A DNA stretch of 64,000 bases from Botryllus schlosseri. Lineage: Eukaryota. The stretch covers positions 10,666,001 to 10,730,000 of the forward strand of contig CM119371.1 of assembly GCA_051294905.1 (NCBI GenBank). The letters run 5' to 3'. The notes below the pieces were generated by a model that worked only from the letters and a program-made list of their open reading frames with translations, did no database searches and was not told the origin of the DNA. Below, one piece after another: positions 1 to 12,960 of the stretch. The first letter of the stretch is position 1, and each line of letters starts with the position of its first letter. The position numbers and the translations under genes are program-made.

Positions 1-434
1 CCAACGAATCTGGGAAATATCGGCTTCAACAGTAGCCGTTGAGGGAAAGAATGTTGCCAGTCCTCCACAAAAGGTTTTCATAGCTTCAAAATTTTGGAGG
101 GCAGAACCGGCTTCCAAGCATCATGAAAAGAGATCACTGCGGTAGTGCCATCGATCTCATCGCGGAAAGAATTTTCCTCCCGATACTTTTCCAGGAGTTT
201 CCTGTGTTGTCTCTCAACACATTCTATTTTGTAGCCCGACCATCCCATCTCCATCAGTCTACCGATACATTTTAGGAGGACTTTTGTCACGTCAGATGGC
301 TTTAATATTACCAACTCACATGGAAGAGTCCTGGGAAGGTTAGCTTGTTTAAGAACATTAACGCAACAAGACTGTCTGGCAAAACGAGACTGCAGCTCAG
401 AAATAGCCGGACTGTTTGTTTTGTCACAATGCAA
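1..434 (-). pseudogene. Degenerate hAT-like transposase C-terminus (frameshifted; runs off window start)
   Basis: ORF 78..434 (LPRTLPCELVILKP...FHDAW) continues after a frameshift near 85-95 as AMKTFCGGLATFFPSTATVEADISQIRW, a hAT dimerisation-type motif (PxTATVExDxS). Confidence 0.7.
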
Positions 435-1194
435 AAATCGTGGTTGAATCTGGGGGTTCCAGATCCATGAGCAGAATACAATTTATATTTTAGTAATCAG
501 TACAGCGGAAGCTGTCCATTGATACCCGTTTTATCAAATTTAGCGCTCGGCAAGCTGGTCAAAAATAGCCGTAAAATTGCCTCTGGACGAATGGAAAGTA
601 TGACGTAAACCAAATGCAGTCAGCCGTTCAATCTCGCTGTGCCCACACCATTTAGGACACCATGCTTTCTCCCCTAATGGGTGGGCTGGACCCATAGAGT
701 TCGAAACCTGCCCTTCACACACGCTCTTCTCGCTTGTAATGCGGTCCTGTTAACACAACACCATGAACGAAATACACTATTGGCATGCCGTGTTATTTTT
801 GGCATATGCCAAAAATTGGTTATTTTTGGCATTTTCAAATTTTTATTTTTGGCAGTTTTGGCATCTGGTTCCTGAAATGCCAAAAATAACACGGCCTGGG
901 TATGGTACACTGTCAAAATTAATACGAATTGATCAACGCCGAATTTTGCGTAAAATTTACTGAGGAATAGGCTGATCAAGCGATAAGCTGTTAGCCGCCA
1001 TCGAAAACGAAACAGCTATCGCGCTTGACAGGGGTTGTAATTGTGAGCAAATGGCCCGAAGGCCACCATTCCACGGTGAAATTGACATTGGAGAATATAA
1101 AATAAAACTAAATATTTGAATGCAAACCGAGGATGTTAGTAAACTGTTTCATGATATCATCATCTCATCACCTATCTCAGTATGGAACACAGAT

Positions 1195-1600
1195 ACACCG
1201 GCTTTTGCGTGAAATCCGCAATGCGTTAGGTAGGCCTAGGCTAAGTGTCAGATCAGCGCACACCGCACATCTCTACCATACTCGAACTTGATAACGAAAT
1301 TGCTGCCCTAATCATTGAGTGCCAACCTTGAGACTTGGCACAGCGTTCGATACTAAAATCAAAACATACCATGTAAAAGCTCATGACGGATCTAGCTAAG
1401 GAGCATCGTTAAAATTAATGGAGACCAATACCGGCTTTGCGTGAAATATGTTTGCGATACATGACGGATCAGCACACACTCGACTTTGGAAACGGAATTA
1501 CTACCCTAAACTTTGAGTAGAAACCCTGAAACTTAGGACAGTGTTAAATACCACCATCACGACATGACATACCAAGTTTCAAGAATTATCATGGTGTGAA
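1195..1600. repeat. Diverged two-copy tandem duplication (~235 bp period)
   Basis: ccggcttt(t)gcgtgaaat at ~1198 and ~1431, each followed by similar ctcga..tga..aacg.aatt.ct.ccctaa....tgagt...aacc.tga.actt.g..cag blocks. Confidence 0.55.
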
Positions 1601-2590
1601 ACACCATCAAAATCGACCTATACCAGCAAAGGTCGACTCAACGCATATCACGGTATCCGAGTTCAGATATAGATACGATTGTTACATCACACCTTAGGGG
1701 CGACAGGCATATATGCCCCGGTTGCTCGGCCATTTTACGAATAGGAGAGAGTATATCACCGTTTCTTAATTGTGCACGGCTTTGAGAGAATAGATAGTGA
1801 AAGCTTGTTATGAGCGCTACCGGGGCAAGCCCCGGCTAGGCATTCACAAAGCGAAAACACAGAAGAGTGTTCGTATGTATGGGCATTTGCAAGCGAAAGC
1901 ACAAGAAGAACGCGGGTTTCGCTGTGATCTCGGTATATATTGAGCGCTGTGCGTCTATAAATGGTTAAATTGTTATTGAACGGAATTTTAGGTGGGGCAA
2001 TGCCCCAGTTGCCCCATAGGACGAGCCGCCACTGAATACTATGTTTATAATATAACTTACGATTATCGTGTTGAAATATATTAAGAAAAAGTTTAATCAA
2101 GTACATACAGTAATTCGATTTTTAGTACGCATTTATCAATATTTTCACGTTTCCTGAGGTTTTTGCGGGCTGCACAAAACGGTGTTGCGGTCCGCAGTTT
2201 GCCCACTCCTGCCCTAGGGTGTACCATAATGTTCGAAGGGTGTATCTCTCGGATGTGGTGTACTGGCGTGTAATAGATTCCCATTACGATGTACCTATAA
2301 CTAGTTACCCTAAAGCAGCGGTTCTCAACCTTTTTGGACATGCGCCCCCCTTGGCGATGGTCAAAAATATTGCGCCCCCCTGATTCCTCTGCACATATCG
2401 TCATGTAAAAAAGGGCACATCATCTAATAGTATACATATGGTATATCTTACGTCAATTTTGAATCCGCATTCCAGTTGTTGAGTCATGTCGTCCATTACA
2501 TATCTGACAAATTTCCCCCAAACTCCTTTGAGAATACCAAAAAACATTGAACAATACATCAATTTATTTCAAGGTGCACTGAGACTAATC

Positions 2591-4381
2591 TTAATGCGAA
2601 GGCTGCGCCTGTTTTTTTAATACCAAATGTTCAATTCTAGGATAGGTAGCAGATAATGCGCATCTCATATCGGATTCACAGTCGAGTTTGTTTCTTGCTT
2701 TTGTCTTTATATTCACAAGAGTAGAAAAACCCTTTTCGCACAGGTAAGTGGAAGAAAATGGAAGAAGTATGCGTATAGCCACATTACCCACACTCTTGTA
2801 GATGTGGATATATTTCACCCAGAACTCAGTAAGTGGTAGTGCTTCAAAGTTGTCTCTTGCAGTAGAATTGCATGTTAGATCCACAAACTCCTCTTGCAAA
2901 TAGTCCGGAAGAATATCCACATTCAAACGAAAGAGAGTCCTTGTCATCTGCCATTCCGGAAGCTCGGTGTCATTCAAGTCTGGAAAATAGCGTTCGAATT
3001 CTTGTTTCAGAAGTTGAAGGTGATTCTCCACCTCGGCTTTGAGCTCGCTCTTCATTTCAATTTGTTTTTTTTTGTCAAGGATAGTGTCAAGGTTGTAAAA
3101 TGAAGCCGCATTTCCTTTTTGAATTCGACGATACCACAGCCCAAGTTTTTCTACGAAAGCGTGAATCGCATCATAGTCTGCTATGCGATTCGTATCCTTC
3201 CCCTGTAGAGAGAGATTTAAATTATTGAGGGCTTGAAATATGTCCACAAAGTAGGCCAACTGCAGTTGCATCTTCTCTGATGCAAATGACAGAAGCAGAT
3301 CCTTTTTACCATGAGCTTCCAAAAATAGCTTCAGTTCTTCTCTCATTTCATAGATTCGAGCTAACATATTACCTTTTGACAACCACCGAACAGATGTATG
3401 AAACAGTAAAGTTTCATGATCGGAATCCATATCTTGACACAGTTTAGTAAACAATCTCGTATTGACTGCACTTGCTTTGACAAAGTTAACGATTCGAATG
3501 AATATTGCAAAATTATCCTTCATTGCAGCAGGTAGAGTTCTGGAAGCAAGAGCCTCTCGGTGAATCACGCAGTGCGATCCTACCGCATTTGTGCTTCTTT
3601 GCTATATCCTGGCAATGATTCCACTTCGCGATCCAATCATTGCTGGGGCACCGTCAGTGCAGACGCCAACAAGTTTCTCCCATTTTATAACATTGTTATC
3701 AAAAAATGTGGCGACAAGTTCGAATATATCTTCTGATTTAGTAGTCGTTTCCAAGGGTTTGCAAAATAATATGTCTTCTTCGATTGAAGTAGGCCCAACA
3801 AAGCGAACATAGACCATCAACTGAGACAATTGGGCAACATCAGTCGTCTCAACACACTGAATGGCGAAATAAGGTGATGCGTGAATCTTATCTATAACTT
3901 GACACTCAATACCCTTTGCGAGCTCATCGATGCGTTTTTTAATGGTAGAATTAGATAGAGAAATCGCCGCAAGCTTCTTACTGCTCGCCTCACCCAACAC
4001 GAGCCTAGCTGCTCGTAGCATGCAGGGTTTTATCAACGTTTCGCCAATACTATGGGGTTTCTTCTCTAGAGTTATCATGTAAGCAATTACGAAAGACGCT
4101 TCAAGGACTTCAGCAGCCGGGGATTGACGAAAGCACTTGCTACTCGCACCCTTCATTTTCTCAAATGAGGCTTTCTTGCTTTGGAAAAAAGATAGAGGCT
4201 TCAATTGATGGGCGGAATGTTTTTTCTCGAGATGACGCTCCAGACGAGTTGGTCTCAACGCGTCGTTGCTCAGCTTTTGAAAACATATCACGCATTGCGG
4301 CACAACTTCGCCATTTACAATGGTCTCTATGAATCCAAATTTCAGGTAATCTTCGACATACTTTCTCTTTTTACCACTCAT
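2591..4381 (-). pseudogene. Buster-type hAT transposase, ~596 codons, with one in-frame stop
   Basis: ORFs 3602..4381 and 2591..3568 are in the same frame, separated by TAG at 3602-3604. Motifs: BED finger (PQCVIC...RHLEKKH), CTDGAPAM, HCVIHREALA, VRWLSKG, PFSSTYLCEKGFS, QAQPSH terminus. First catalytic Asp position reads QCVETTD. Confidence 0.93.
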
Positions 4382-4561
4382 ACCAGTTCAAGCAAATTGA
4401 CGATGTCGATGAAAATTCACGCCCACGCCGCTGCCTACAATAACAATATTTTCGAAATCGACATGAGTCGAAACCTCGGCGACACAGGTGCAGACAATTT
4501 CATTGTGACATCATCGTGCAATAGACAACGATATATGATCATGCGCTTGATGAATGTAAAC

Positions 4562-6442
4562 CAGTGGTTCTTAACCTTGCTCCCAGCGCCCCCCAGGGGG
4601 CGTTGGCGATTTTGAAGGGGGGCGGAAACGCTCAGGGGGCGAAATGGGGGGCGCTGGGCTCAGGGGGGCGGTATGGGGGGCGCTAGAGAAAAATGGGTTC
4701 GCAGTAGATGATGTGGTGATAGGACATATCCTTATTGAGTATTCAGAGCAAATTAACACCGAAAACTTTGTTATATATAGCCTTCAAAGTACATATAGAT
4801 TTTATTGTCTATGGGCGCCTAAATGACTGGCACCGAATGTTCCTGTCTTGGCAATCTGATCCCCAGAACACGAATTCCATCTGGCAGGGAAAAATTATAT
4901 GCCAGTGAAGAAATACCAATTTGAAATCGTGTATGTCTCTTAGTTTAGTACGATTGGGCGACAGGGATATTCCTGTTGGGCGATATCCCTGTAGGGCGAA
5001 TCTATATTTTTTGATATTGCAGACAGGAGGTCACGAAATAACATCATGCAACGAAGTCATATTAACGGGTTCGCCCACCCGAATATGTTTAATTATTAGT
5101 TACGGGCCGCACAGTTTCCACGACACCTCACAATGTTCTCTTCAAGTCTTGATGAGTCTGCGCACACTCAACAACTCACTGCGCTGACCCTTGGACAACA
5201 GTGCGTAACGACTAAAAAAAGGTCATAACTTCGGATTTGTTGTGGGCAACGTAGATTTTCTGTGCGCAGAGACGGTGTCAGCACTGCGCAGGTGCGCAGC
5301 TTTGAGGGAACATTGCATCTCACTCAGCTCTACCGGTAAATCTGGTAACGTGAGCAGAGAGACCAAAGAAAGTGATAGCAGTATATTTGCAATCCCCGGT
5401 CTTACTAACCGATTTTAGCATGAATTATCGAAAGTTTTCGCGCTTCGCACTGGCTCGCTAAACTGTAGGCTACAGCTGATTCCGTGGCAAAAGCGAACAA
5501 CGTGATGGGGGGGGGGTCGGTTTATCACCCTATGGGAGCCCAAGACCCAAGTTTTTTCAGGGGCCTGACGAAGTGACGTTTCGTTCCTGCCAACGGGTAT
5601 ACGCCCGAAGATGTATAATTATTATTGAGGGGTCCTCTTTTCAAACACACATCACTCAGCTCTACCGGTAAATCTGTTTACGTGAGCAGAGAGAGGATAA
5701 AAATTGATCTCAATATACATGCAATTCCCGATCATATTGACCAATTTCAATCATTAATTAGTGAAATTTTCCGCGCTTCGCGCGTCTAGGCGAAAGTAGC
5801 TGCCTCAGTAGATGGACACCCAATGTAGATACCTAGTATCAGAAAATAGCGGACAGCCGAATGGGGTCTGGGGGTGAAGCCCCCCGGAAATTTGGTTTAT
5901 CACCCGATGGGGGCCCAGGACCAACGTTTTTTGTTAGGGGTGGGGGGGGGTGAAGAAGTGCTGTTACGGCGCTGGTAACGAATAATTTTACCTACGGGCA
6001 CGCCCGAATATGTTTAATTATAACTTACGGGCCCGTTATTTTCCTATACAACAGCTCACTCAGCGGTACTGGTAAATCTGATTACGTGGGCTGAGAGGAT
6101 AAAAAGTTTATAGCGACTTATATATATAATTACCACCTATTCATTCATGCATTATAGAAGATTTTGGTACCTAGGGCGACCAGGCCACACAAACTTTGCT
6201 TACCATCGAAATCACGCTATGGGGTTCGTGGGGGCGAAGCCCTCAGAAGTTTGGTTTATCACGCTATGGGTGCGCAAGGCAATCGTTTATAGGGGGGTTG
6301 ACGAAGTGCTATTACGGCCCTCCCTCTTACTAATTGTCTTTATTACATTCCTCACAATATGAAGGTGGGGGGGGGGGGGGGGCGCTGGAGCAAGATAATT
6401 TTTGAAAGGGGGCGCTGGACGAAAAAAGGTTAAGAACCACTG
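4562..6442. mobile_element. Non-autonomous hAT element nested in the Buster transposon
   Basis: Perfect 16-bp TIR cagtggttcttaacct / aggttaagaaccactg; perfect TSD ATGTAAAC (4554-4561, 6443-6450); contains 3-4 diverged ~340-400 bp units (cactcagc at 5321, 5653, 6057). Confidence 0.93.
5131..5315. mobile_element. Small MITE (hAT Tip100-like ends), third nesting level
   Basis: caatgttctcttcaag ... ctttgagggaacattg inverted ends; flanks cacctca / catctca. Confidence 0.65.
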
Positions 6443-9400
6443 ATGTAAACCATGTAATACCGTTCATAATATCATCCATTCGCTTGCCTAGCGGAATGTT
6501 CAAAAGTACAGAACGTGTAACATTGTAACAGTAATCCCGATAAATCTTCAGATAGTTGTAGATGAGAACAAATAACTTATGTTGATTATGTAAGAAGATT
6601 CATTATTTGTAATATTTGTGATCTAGCGAATTATCCGCAAAATGTTAACAAATTTTCGAGTCAGGTATGATAAGCCTGTAAGTTTGAAGATAATTACATG
6701 AATATGCGGTGATCGATATGTTATTAGTGCGAGATATAGATGTATGCTGGTAGTGACCACATGGAGCATGGCGTCGTTCTGTCCTGCCATGCTAAATTTG
6801 ATCAGTTTTGGAATTGAATTAAATTGTGTTGATTTAGGGTAGCCTGAGTGAGGACAAAAACGGGGGCAACGTATATTGCATGTAAGTCTGTCTTAGGCAG
6901 TGCAGTTCGCCAGCTACTAACAAGAGCTGCCCAGCGCGACGAGCTTTAGGCTACTGTCAAAGCGATTAAGCAATTAATGACTTACACGTGGGAATTGCTC
7001 TCTATATCTCCAAAGAATTTCAAAAATTTGCTCAAATGAAGTTGAAATCAGCCTATACTCCGTTGAGCGCGGCTGCTAGAGTTTGTATTTTGCAAGCTTT
7101 CTTGAATATGGAATAAGTTTCATCTTCATCAATCGCCTTCTCATAATCGATGTGAAACACATGTTTAGTTACGTACAATTTATACTGACTTTGTCAATTT
7201 CTCGCGCCCCCCTTATACTGACTTTCTCAATTTCTCGCCCCCCCCCCCCCCCTGAGAGCCTCCCGCGCCCCCAGGGGGGGGGGCGCCCCCCAGGTTGAGA
7301 ACCCCTGCCCTAAAGAATAGGCAAGTTCATGCTACAGTACAGGTGGACCAGATGTGAAATATCGTGGTACCAGTGTTGTGATGACTCGAGTCATGACTTG
7401 ACTCGAGTCAGACTCAAGTCCACTTTTTCCTATGACTTGACTTGACTTGAGTCACTGTGGAAAAATGACTTGACTTGACTTGACTTGGTACGGAGCATCA
7501 AAATTGTGCATTGACTCGTGACTCGGAGCAAAATTTACGAGTCAATTTCAAGTCATCAAGTAAACGTTGTCGAATAAATCACTGTATCTTGCGTACGTTC
7601 GGATTGTTCGAGATACGCCGGTGTCAATCGTGAGAGCAACCAGTCACTCACTGATTGTACGTTACACTGATCCTCCATTGTTAGATCACAAATAAATTGA
7701 CCGCAAACTATACGATCACAGCTTACGCTTCCGTAGCAGTAGGAGTAGAAGATTAACATAAATAGCAATGTGTCTCTGTTTCTTAGACGGCTAAATGCTT
7801 AGGCCTACGTTGCGCAGTGCTCACATTTACCAACCCTCTTGCATGATTTAAATCGAACAAATATAGTTTGTTCGTTTACATTTTTACGGATGTGTAGATG
7901 GGTATTGGGTAGTGTAGGCAATTGTACCATATCAATTTGTTTCAACTTCTCGAAGCTTCGTATTAAGTCCTATATATTGGCTGATAATAACTGACTGTAG
8001 CATGGAGCTGTACAGTTACTCCCGTATTTTATTAGCAGTCCTACGTGTTCAAGAGGGAGACAACGTCTTTTTGGATGTATAGTTAACTAGATATTCGTTA
8101 TTTGACTCAAGATAAATGATCAATTAGGGTGGATTGCACAGATGTCGATTAATCCCTAATCGCCGATTAAACGTCAGTAATCGGCTGGCTTCCGTGGTAC
8201 GGATGCCGATCTGCCACTAATCGCTGAATTTTAATCGGCCAAATGTTATCCGCCGAGCGAGGTGTCTAGAAAGTCGATCGGCTGTGTGCTTCGCGTCGAA
8301 TGCGGTCTGGGCTGGCTATAGGTACACTAGTATTTGGTATTGACTTGGTGTTAACTGGATGCTCTGACGTGCAGTTGCGGTATTAGCTGAAAATATTGTA
8401 CTCAGACACTACTACAACTGTTGGCGCATATTATGGGCGTGGGCCTGCCACAGCCGATAGTACCTTATGCTATGATTACCGGTATGAATTTTTTTTACAG
8501 ACTGTACAGAATTCGATAGTATACTTTGGAAATAAAATACGAGGACGGAAAATTGCAACAGACAGGAAAAGTTTAGAATAATTGAATTGATAGAAGAATA
8601 TATTGAAACCAAGGAAGACAAAAAGACTGATGGCAAAACAACAAAACAAAAAGATGCGGCCTGAGATGTAATCAGTAATCAATATGCAGCTATGAATACT
8701 GGTCCTGCGCGTGCAGCCGTACAACTGGCCAAATCCAGAATGTATTGAAAAATTTGAAACGAAAAGCAAAAAAGTTATATGCATCACGACGCGTTGAACG
8801 GGCCAAAACTGGCCCACCTCCACCTCCAGATGACGAACTACTTGGAAAAGGTTTTCGATAGGTAATTTTACTGGCAATTCTTCAAAATTCGCAGTAGGAG
8901 ATGTATTGTTTCCATCTGTGTTTATCGTGACTCTCTGCGTGCTTCATACTCACGTTTTAACGCTCATTTTGAACTGAATAGACAAATTTTGATGATCATG
9001 AAAAACATGGATTTATTGTCTTTTTAGTAATTCCCAACCAACTAACCATATCCAGAGACTGCTGCACGTCATCAGCTATACGAAAACGACACATGGGGAA
9101 CACTGCTTGGCAAATTCCTAATCTGAACCGCTCCTTAATCAATCTGCAATTGATTTTTATAGCACTGGTATATTTATTATCACTTATTCCATCTCAAATT
9201 GAATGTTTAAAACATCGGTATGACTACGAACAATGGTGAGTGCATTTAGGACATGAACTTTTTTAATATGTTACAACCAACGGCAGAGGAACTTGCATCC
9301 AATTTTAACTTGCAACAGTCTGGCTTTGCTACTGTGCAGGTGCCTGAGCAGTATCGTTGGCCATATTATTGTTAGGCTTGCAACTTGACTTGAAGATTTG

Positions 9401-9627
9401 ACTTCGAGTCAGGATTTCTCATACCGTATGTCATACTGAAGCAGTGATTCGAGTCAAATCCAATCATCCTATTCCAAACAGGTAATTTTGACTCGAGTCA
9501 AGTCATGATTTTAGTCATCCATCCTTCCTATGTTTCGCGAGGTTAGGATAAACCATGAAAAAATAATTTTAAAGTAACTTTTCTAATGTATTTCTAACAA
9601 AATTTTTTAAATAAAATGTTTATTCAG

Positions 9628-10297
9628 ATGCATATTCCCAAGATTCAGTTTGCACCTTCATCATCGACGAGGATGTGAGCACAGAGGCTTTTTCTTCATG
9701 TCACAACAGCGATGGTAAGTTGAGGTACTAATTTGAAATCCATATGAATCATGTTGGTACTAATATAGCCACACGAATACTTCAAATAGAACACTCTATT
9801 GAACTTGAACTCTATTGAACCAATACAACTGTTGTTAACCATAGATTTCTTGCAGCAAATGAAATTGCTGCCCTTTTCGTTGTTGATGGCGATGTGACGC
9901 TTCCTTCAGTTCCCTCGACAGACTCCAGGATGGAACACCAGACCGGTAAGTGTTAGCATTAGCACACAATGATGGTGATGCAACCCACAGTTTATTCTTT
10001 ACTACATTCAGATATACAAGATGAAACAGAGAACACAAAAAGCTCAGCGCTAATTTTCTCGAAAAAGAGAGCAAGAATTCCAAATTTGGAAATACCAGGT
10101 GTGTTGATGAAAAAAATCATATTTTAACTATAATGTTGGTGATCAAAATGTGGTGTTCAGAAATGAGCGTCCTGGAAATGGCGAAGGAGCAGCATGATAT
10201 CAGAATGAAATATTTTGAATTACAGATGCATGTCAAGTACCAGAAACTGGAAATTGAAAGGCAGAAACTGGAAATGGAAAAAGAACTGCATAATTGA
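9628..10297 (+). CDS. Cryptic spliced 3' gene fragment (exons 9628-9714, 9856-9945, 10012-10098, 10161-10297) ending in a coiled coil
   Basis: Four exons joined by phase-1 GT-AG introns (141, 66, 62 nt) give an open frame: AYSQDSVCTFIIDED...NEIAALFVVDGD...IQDETENTKSS...MSVLEMAKEQHDIRMKYFELQMHVKYQKLEIERQKLEMEKELHN*. The 5' part is missing. Confidence 0.7.
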
Positions 10298-11093
10298 GAA
10301 AATACAGCAACGAATCGAAATAGCACAAAAACCAGACTTGGACAACTAGTTAATTGGCTGTATAATTAGAATAGTAAGTGTAAATGCCAGTAGTATAATT
10401 CTAACCTAATTTCTGGTTTTGCTGAAAATTCTACAATAGAACTCTACAATACTAAGCGAGTAATCCCTATTCTAATTTAATTGAAAAATAACTACTGTAT
10501 CTATAATTCTATTTTAATTTGGAAAAATATGCAGCCATAATTATAATTATAGTCTAATTTTGAAAAGCTGATTTTCTAGTTGTCCAATTCTGACTACAGC
10601 ATAGGCTACTGGATCTCGTAATAAAAATGATTGACGAGGAATTGAATGTGTGGTTATTGGTGTTCAAACACGAGATGAAATACTCGAGACATTACAGAGA
10701 AGTGAATCTGTCTCCGCTGAAGTCGTGCTCGGTTGTGCCGTCACGTTAGTGGTGTCGCTAACCTCCAGGGTTCCAATGGATTTGCTCTGTCTTTGACCAA
10801 TCTTCTTGGCACTCTCTCTTCTGCTAGGCTCTCTAACATCTGGAGGGTAGCATAACATTGAGGTATGGATCCAGTGTTATTCTCAGTCGATATTGTACTA
10901 TATTAATGTAGCTCTCTATAAAACAGGTTGTATTGAATTTTATGGTGGATCAAATTCTTGATAAACTGAAGTGAGGTTTGGCTGTCAACAAACAAGATTA
11001 GCCTACTCAACTGGGTAACAGCAGATAACTTTGCATTGCAAAATTGTAACATAAATGCATTACTATTTGTACAGCACTTGAGCACATGTATGC

Positions 11094-11512
11094 TAGGCTT
11101 ACCATACGTCCTCTTTTAAGAGGATTTGTCCTCTTTTTTGACTTTTTTGGAAGTGTCCTCGGAGGACGCCCTTTTGTCCTCTTTTTTGAGATTTTGTCCT
11201 CTTTTTTGAAAATTTAGGTCAGATATAGAGGAAATTGCGAGTGATATGCCGCAAATTAGCGCAGAAGTGAAGCTCCGGCGGGTATTTCGGAGGAAAAGCG
11301 GTGATTGCAGCACTGAGCGAAATGAAGACCTTTTTTTTTTTTTTTTTTTTTTTTTTAGTCATCCACCTAGCAATGTGGAGTGAAAAACGTGTTTTTGAGC
11401 TCTGAGCGGAAGTGATGACCTTTTTTTTTTTTAGTATTCTACTCCGGTTTTGTATCTTGCAAATTTCTGAAAAAGTGTCCTCTTTTTGCATTTTCAAAAT
11501 ATGGTAAGCCTA
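11094..11512. mobile_element. hAT Blackjack-like MITE
   Basis: TIR taggcttaccata / tatggtaagccta; perfect TSD ATGTATGC; gtcctc subterminal repeats. Confidence 0.9.
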
Positions 11513-12794
11513 ATGTATGCACATGACTTATTATATGATAACATCGTCACATTGCACATTTGCACAACAGTTAGATCCTTGCAATGGCTGAAATTTACTT
11601 CTACACTCCTGCAGAGCCAATTGTCATTGGTATGGAGAAATCAAAAGTTCGTATGCAAATGTGTGTGATACAGAATCTACACAGACGTTTTGTATGAACT
11701 CAATTTGTATATCTTCACATTGAAGAAGCGGCTATCATGACTAATCCACCAATAAACGGAAAATAAAATTCTATTTGAAAAGTATCTATCTAGTTCAAGA
11801 TATCCCTGAGTAATGATATACATGTTCTGCAATATACGAAATTTGTAGTAGAGTTTCTGGCATAGCGATACCGGTATAAGGCGATGATTTTGGTACGCTA
11901 TTCCTACAATACCTCTTTTCATAACCTCAAAACTTTTGTTCTGACGGGTTCTGGCGTTTATAACCTTACACTGTGCAATAGCAACAGTTTAGTTAGCTGC
12001 TATACGTAAAGCACACGCACATGACATCAACTAAACATACTTATTACTTATCTATGAAGAGCTCATCACTCCATTATGACGACACACTTCATATCGCCAC
12101 CGACCGAAAACAGCTGATTGCTAACGTACGTTATTTGCGTCGATTTGCGTCAGTAATCCGCGATAAGATAACTCACAGGCGAATCCGTATCTGTACCACA
12201 GAGTCACCAGGTGACCTTGCTCGCTGATTAAATTATCGCCGATTAAGGCAATCGGTGATTACTTTTCAATCGGTATCTGTGCAATCCACCCTTAATCTGT
12301 CTTTCACACAGCTAGCAAAATTTAATGACTTTGAATCATCACTCATACTTCGAAAATTCAATTTTACTTGAATTGTGACTTGACTCGTGACTTGACTTGA
12401 CTTGACTCGACTTGACTCGAGTCACCTCCAAAAATAAGTGACTTGACTTGACTTGACTCGAGTAACCTTCGAAAATCGATTGACATGACTTGACTCGAGT
12501 CAAAATCTGCAATGACTCGAGATGACTCGTGACTCGAAGGTAGTGACTTGATCCCAACACTGCGTGGTACTTCGTGCCAGATGGTTATAAATAAGGCTGT
12601 GTACCTAATTGCGGAGGCGTAGCCAAGGAAGTCTCGGGGTCGAGTATGAGAACTATACTGTGTCCGACGGTGGTACGGAATAGCATTTCCTATACGTTGC
12701 AGCCTTGCTCATTCTTATCTGGATTAGACCATGAGTGGATAAACATGCAGACCATGCTGACCATGCAGAAATAGTAACATGGGTGTCTTTCCAG

Positions 12795-12960
12795 GCGTCA
12801 GATGTTATGCTTTGGCACGCCCCGTCTTCACTGTCCATCGAACAAGCAAGAACTGAATCAACACTTCGATATCGGACCACGAATAAGTTTCTAAGGCGTT
12901 ATGGAGCCAACTTGAGAAACTTGTTCCGAGACCATTTTCCTTTGAAACCAGCAGTTAGAG
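12795..12960 (+). CDS. ITLN: Intelectin gene 1 exon (end of fibrinogen-like domain)
   Basis: ctttccag|ASDVMLWHAPSSLSIEQARTESTLRYRTTNKFLRRYGANLRNLFRDHFPLKPAVR-G|gtaaag; resembles intelectin AKDLGIWHVP...LLRYRT..FL...GHNL. Confidence 0.92.

Larger units (their letters stand above)
2316..7307 (-). mobile_element. hAT (Buster/Charlie group) DNA transposon, full length
   Basis: TIR cagcggttctcaacct / aggttgagaacccctg (1 mismatch); perfect 8-bp TSD CCCTAAAG (2308-2315, 7308-7315) with central TA; encodes a transposase. Confidence 0.95.
8125..12293 (-). mobile_element. Nested TIR element with decayed Ac-type hAT transposase remnants
   Basis: Inverted repeat agggtggattgcacagat (8126) / atctgtgcaatccaccct (12292); no clean TSD. 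Minus-strand fragments YARNSTTNF, WISHDSRFFNV and HTNDNW at ~11600-11900 resemble BED-finger, WIxxDxRPF and TxDxW motifs. Confidence 0.5.
7371..12562. mobile_element. Composite hAT element with GACTT/GACTCGAGTC subterminal arrays
   Basis: TIR cagtgttgtgat / atcccaacactg; perfect TSD CGTGGTAC (7363-7370, 12563-12570); gacttgactc arrays at both ends. Confidence 0.92.

Noticed and set aside
3591..3610. Programmed frameshift or stop-codon recoding in the transposase
   Set aside because: Both ORFs are in the same frame with a single TAG; together with the catalytic D-to-V change, simple decay is more likely.
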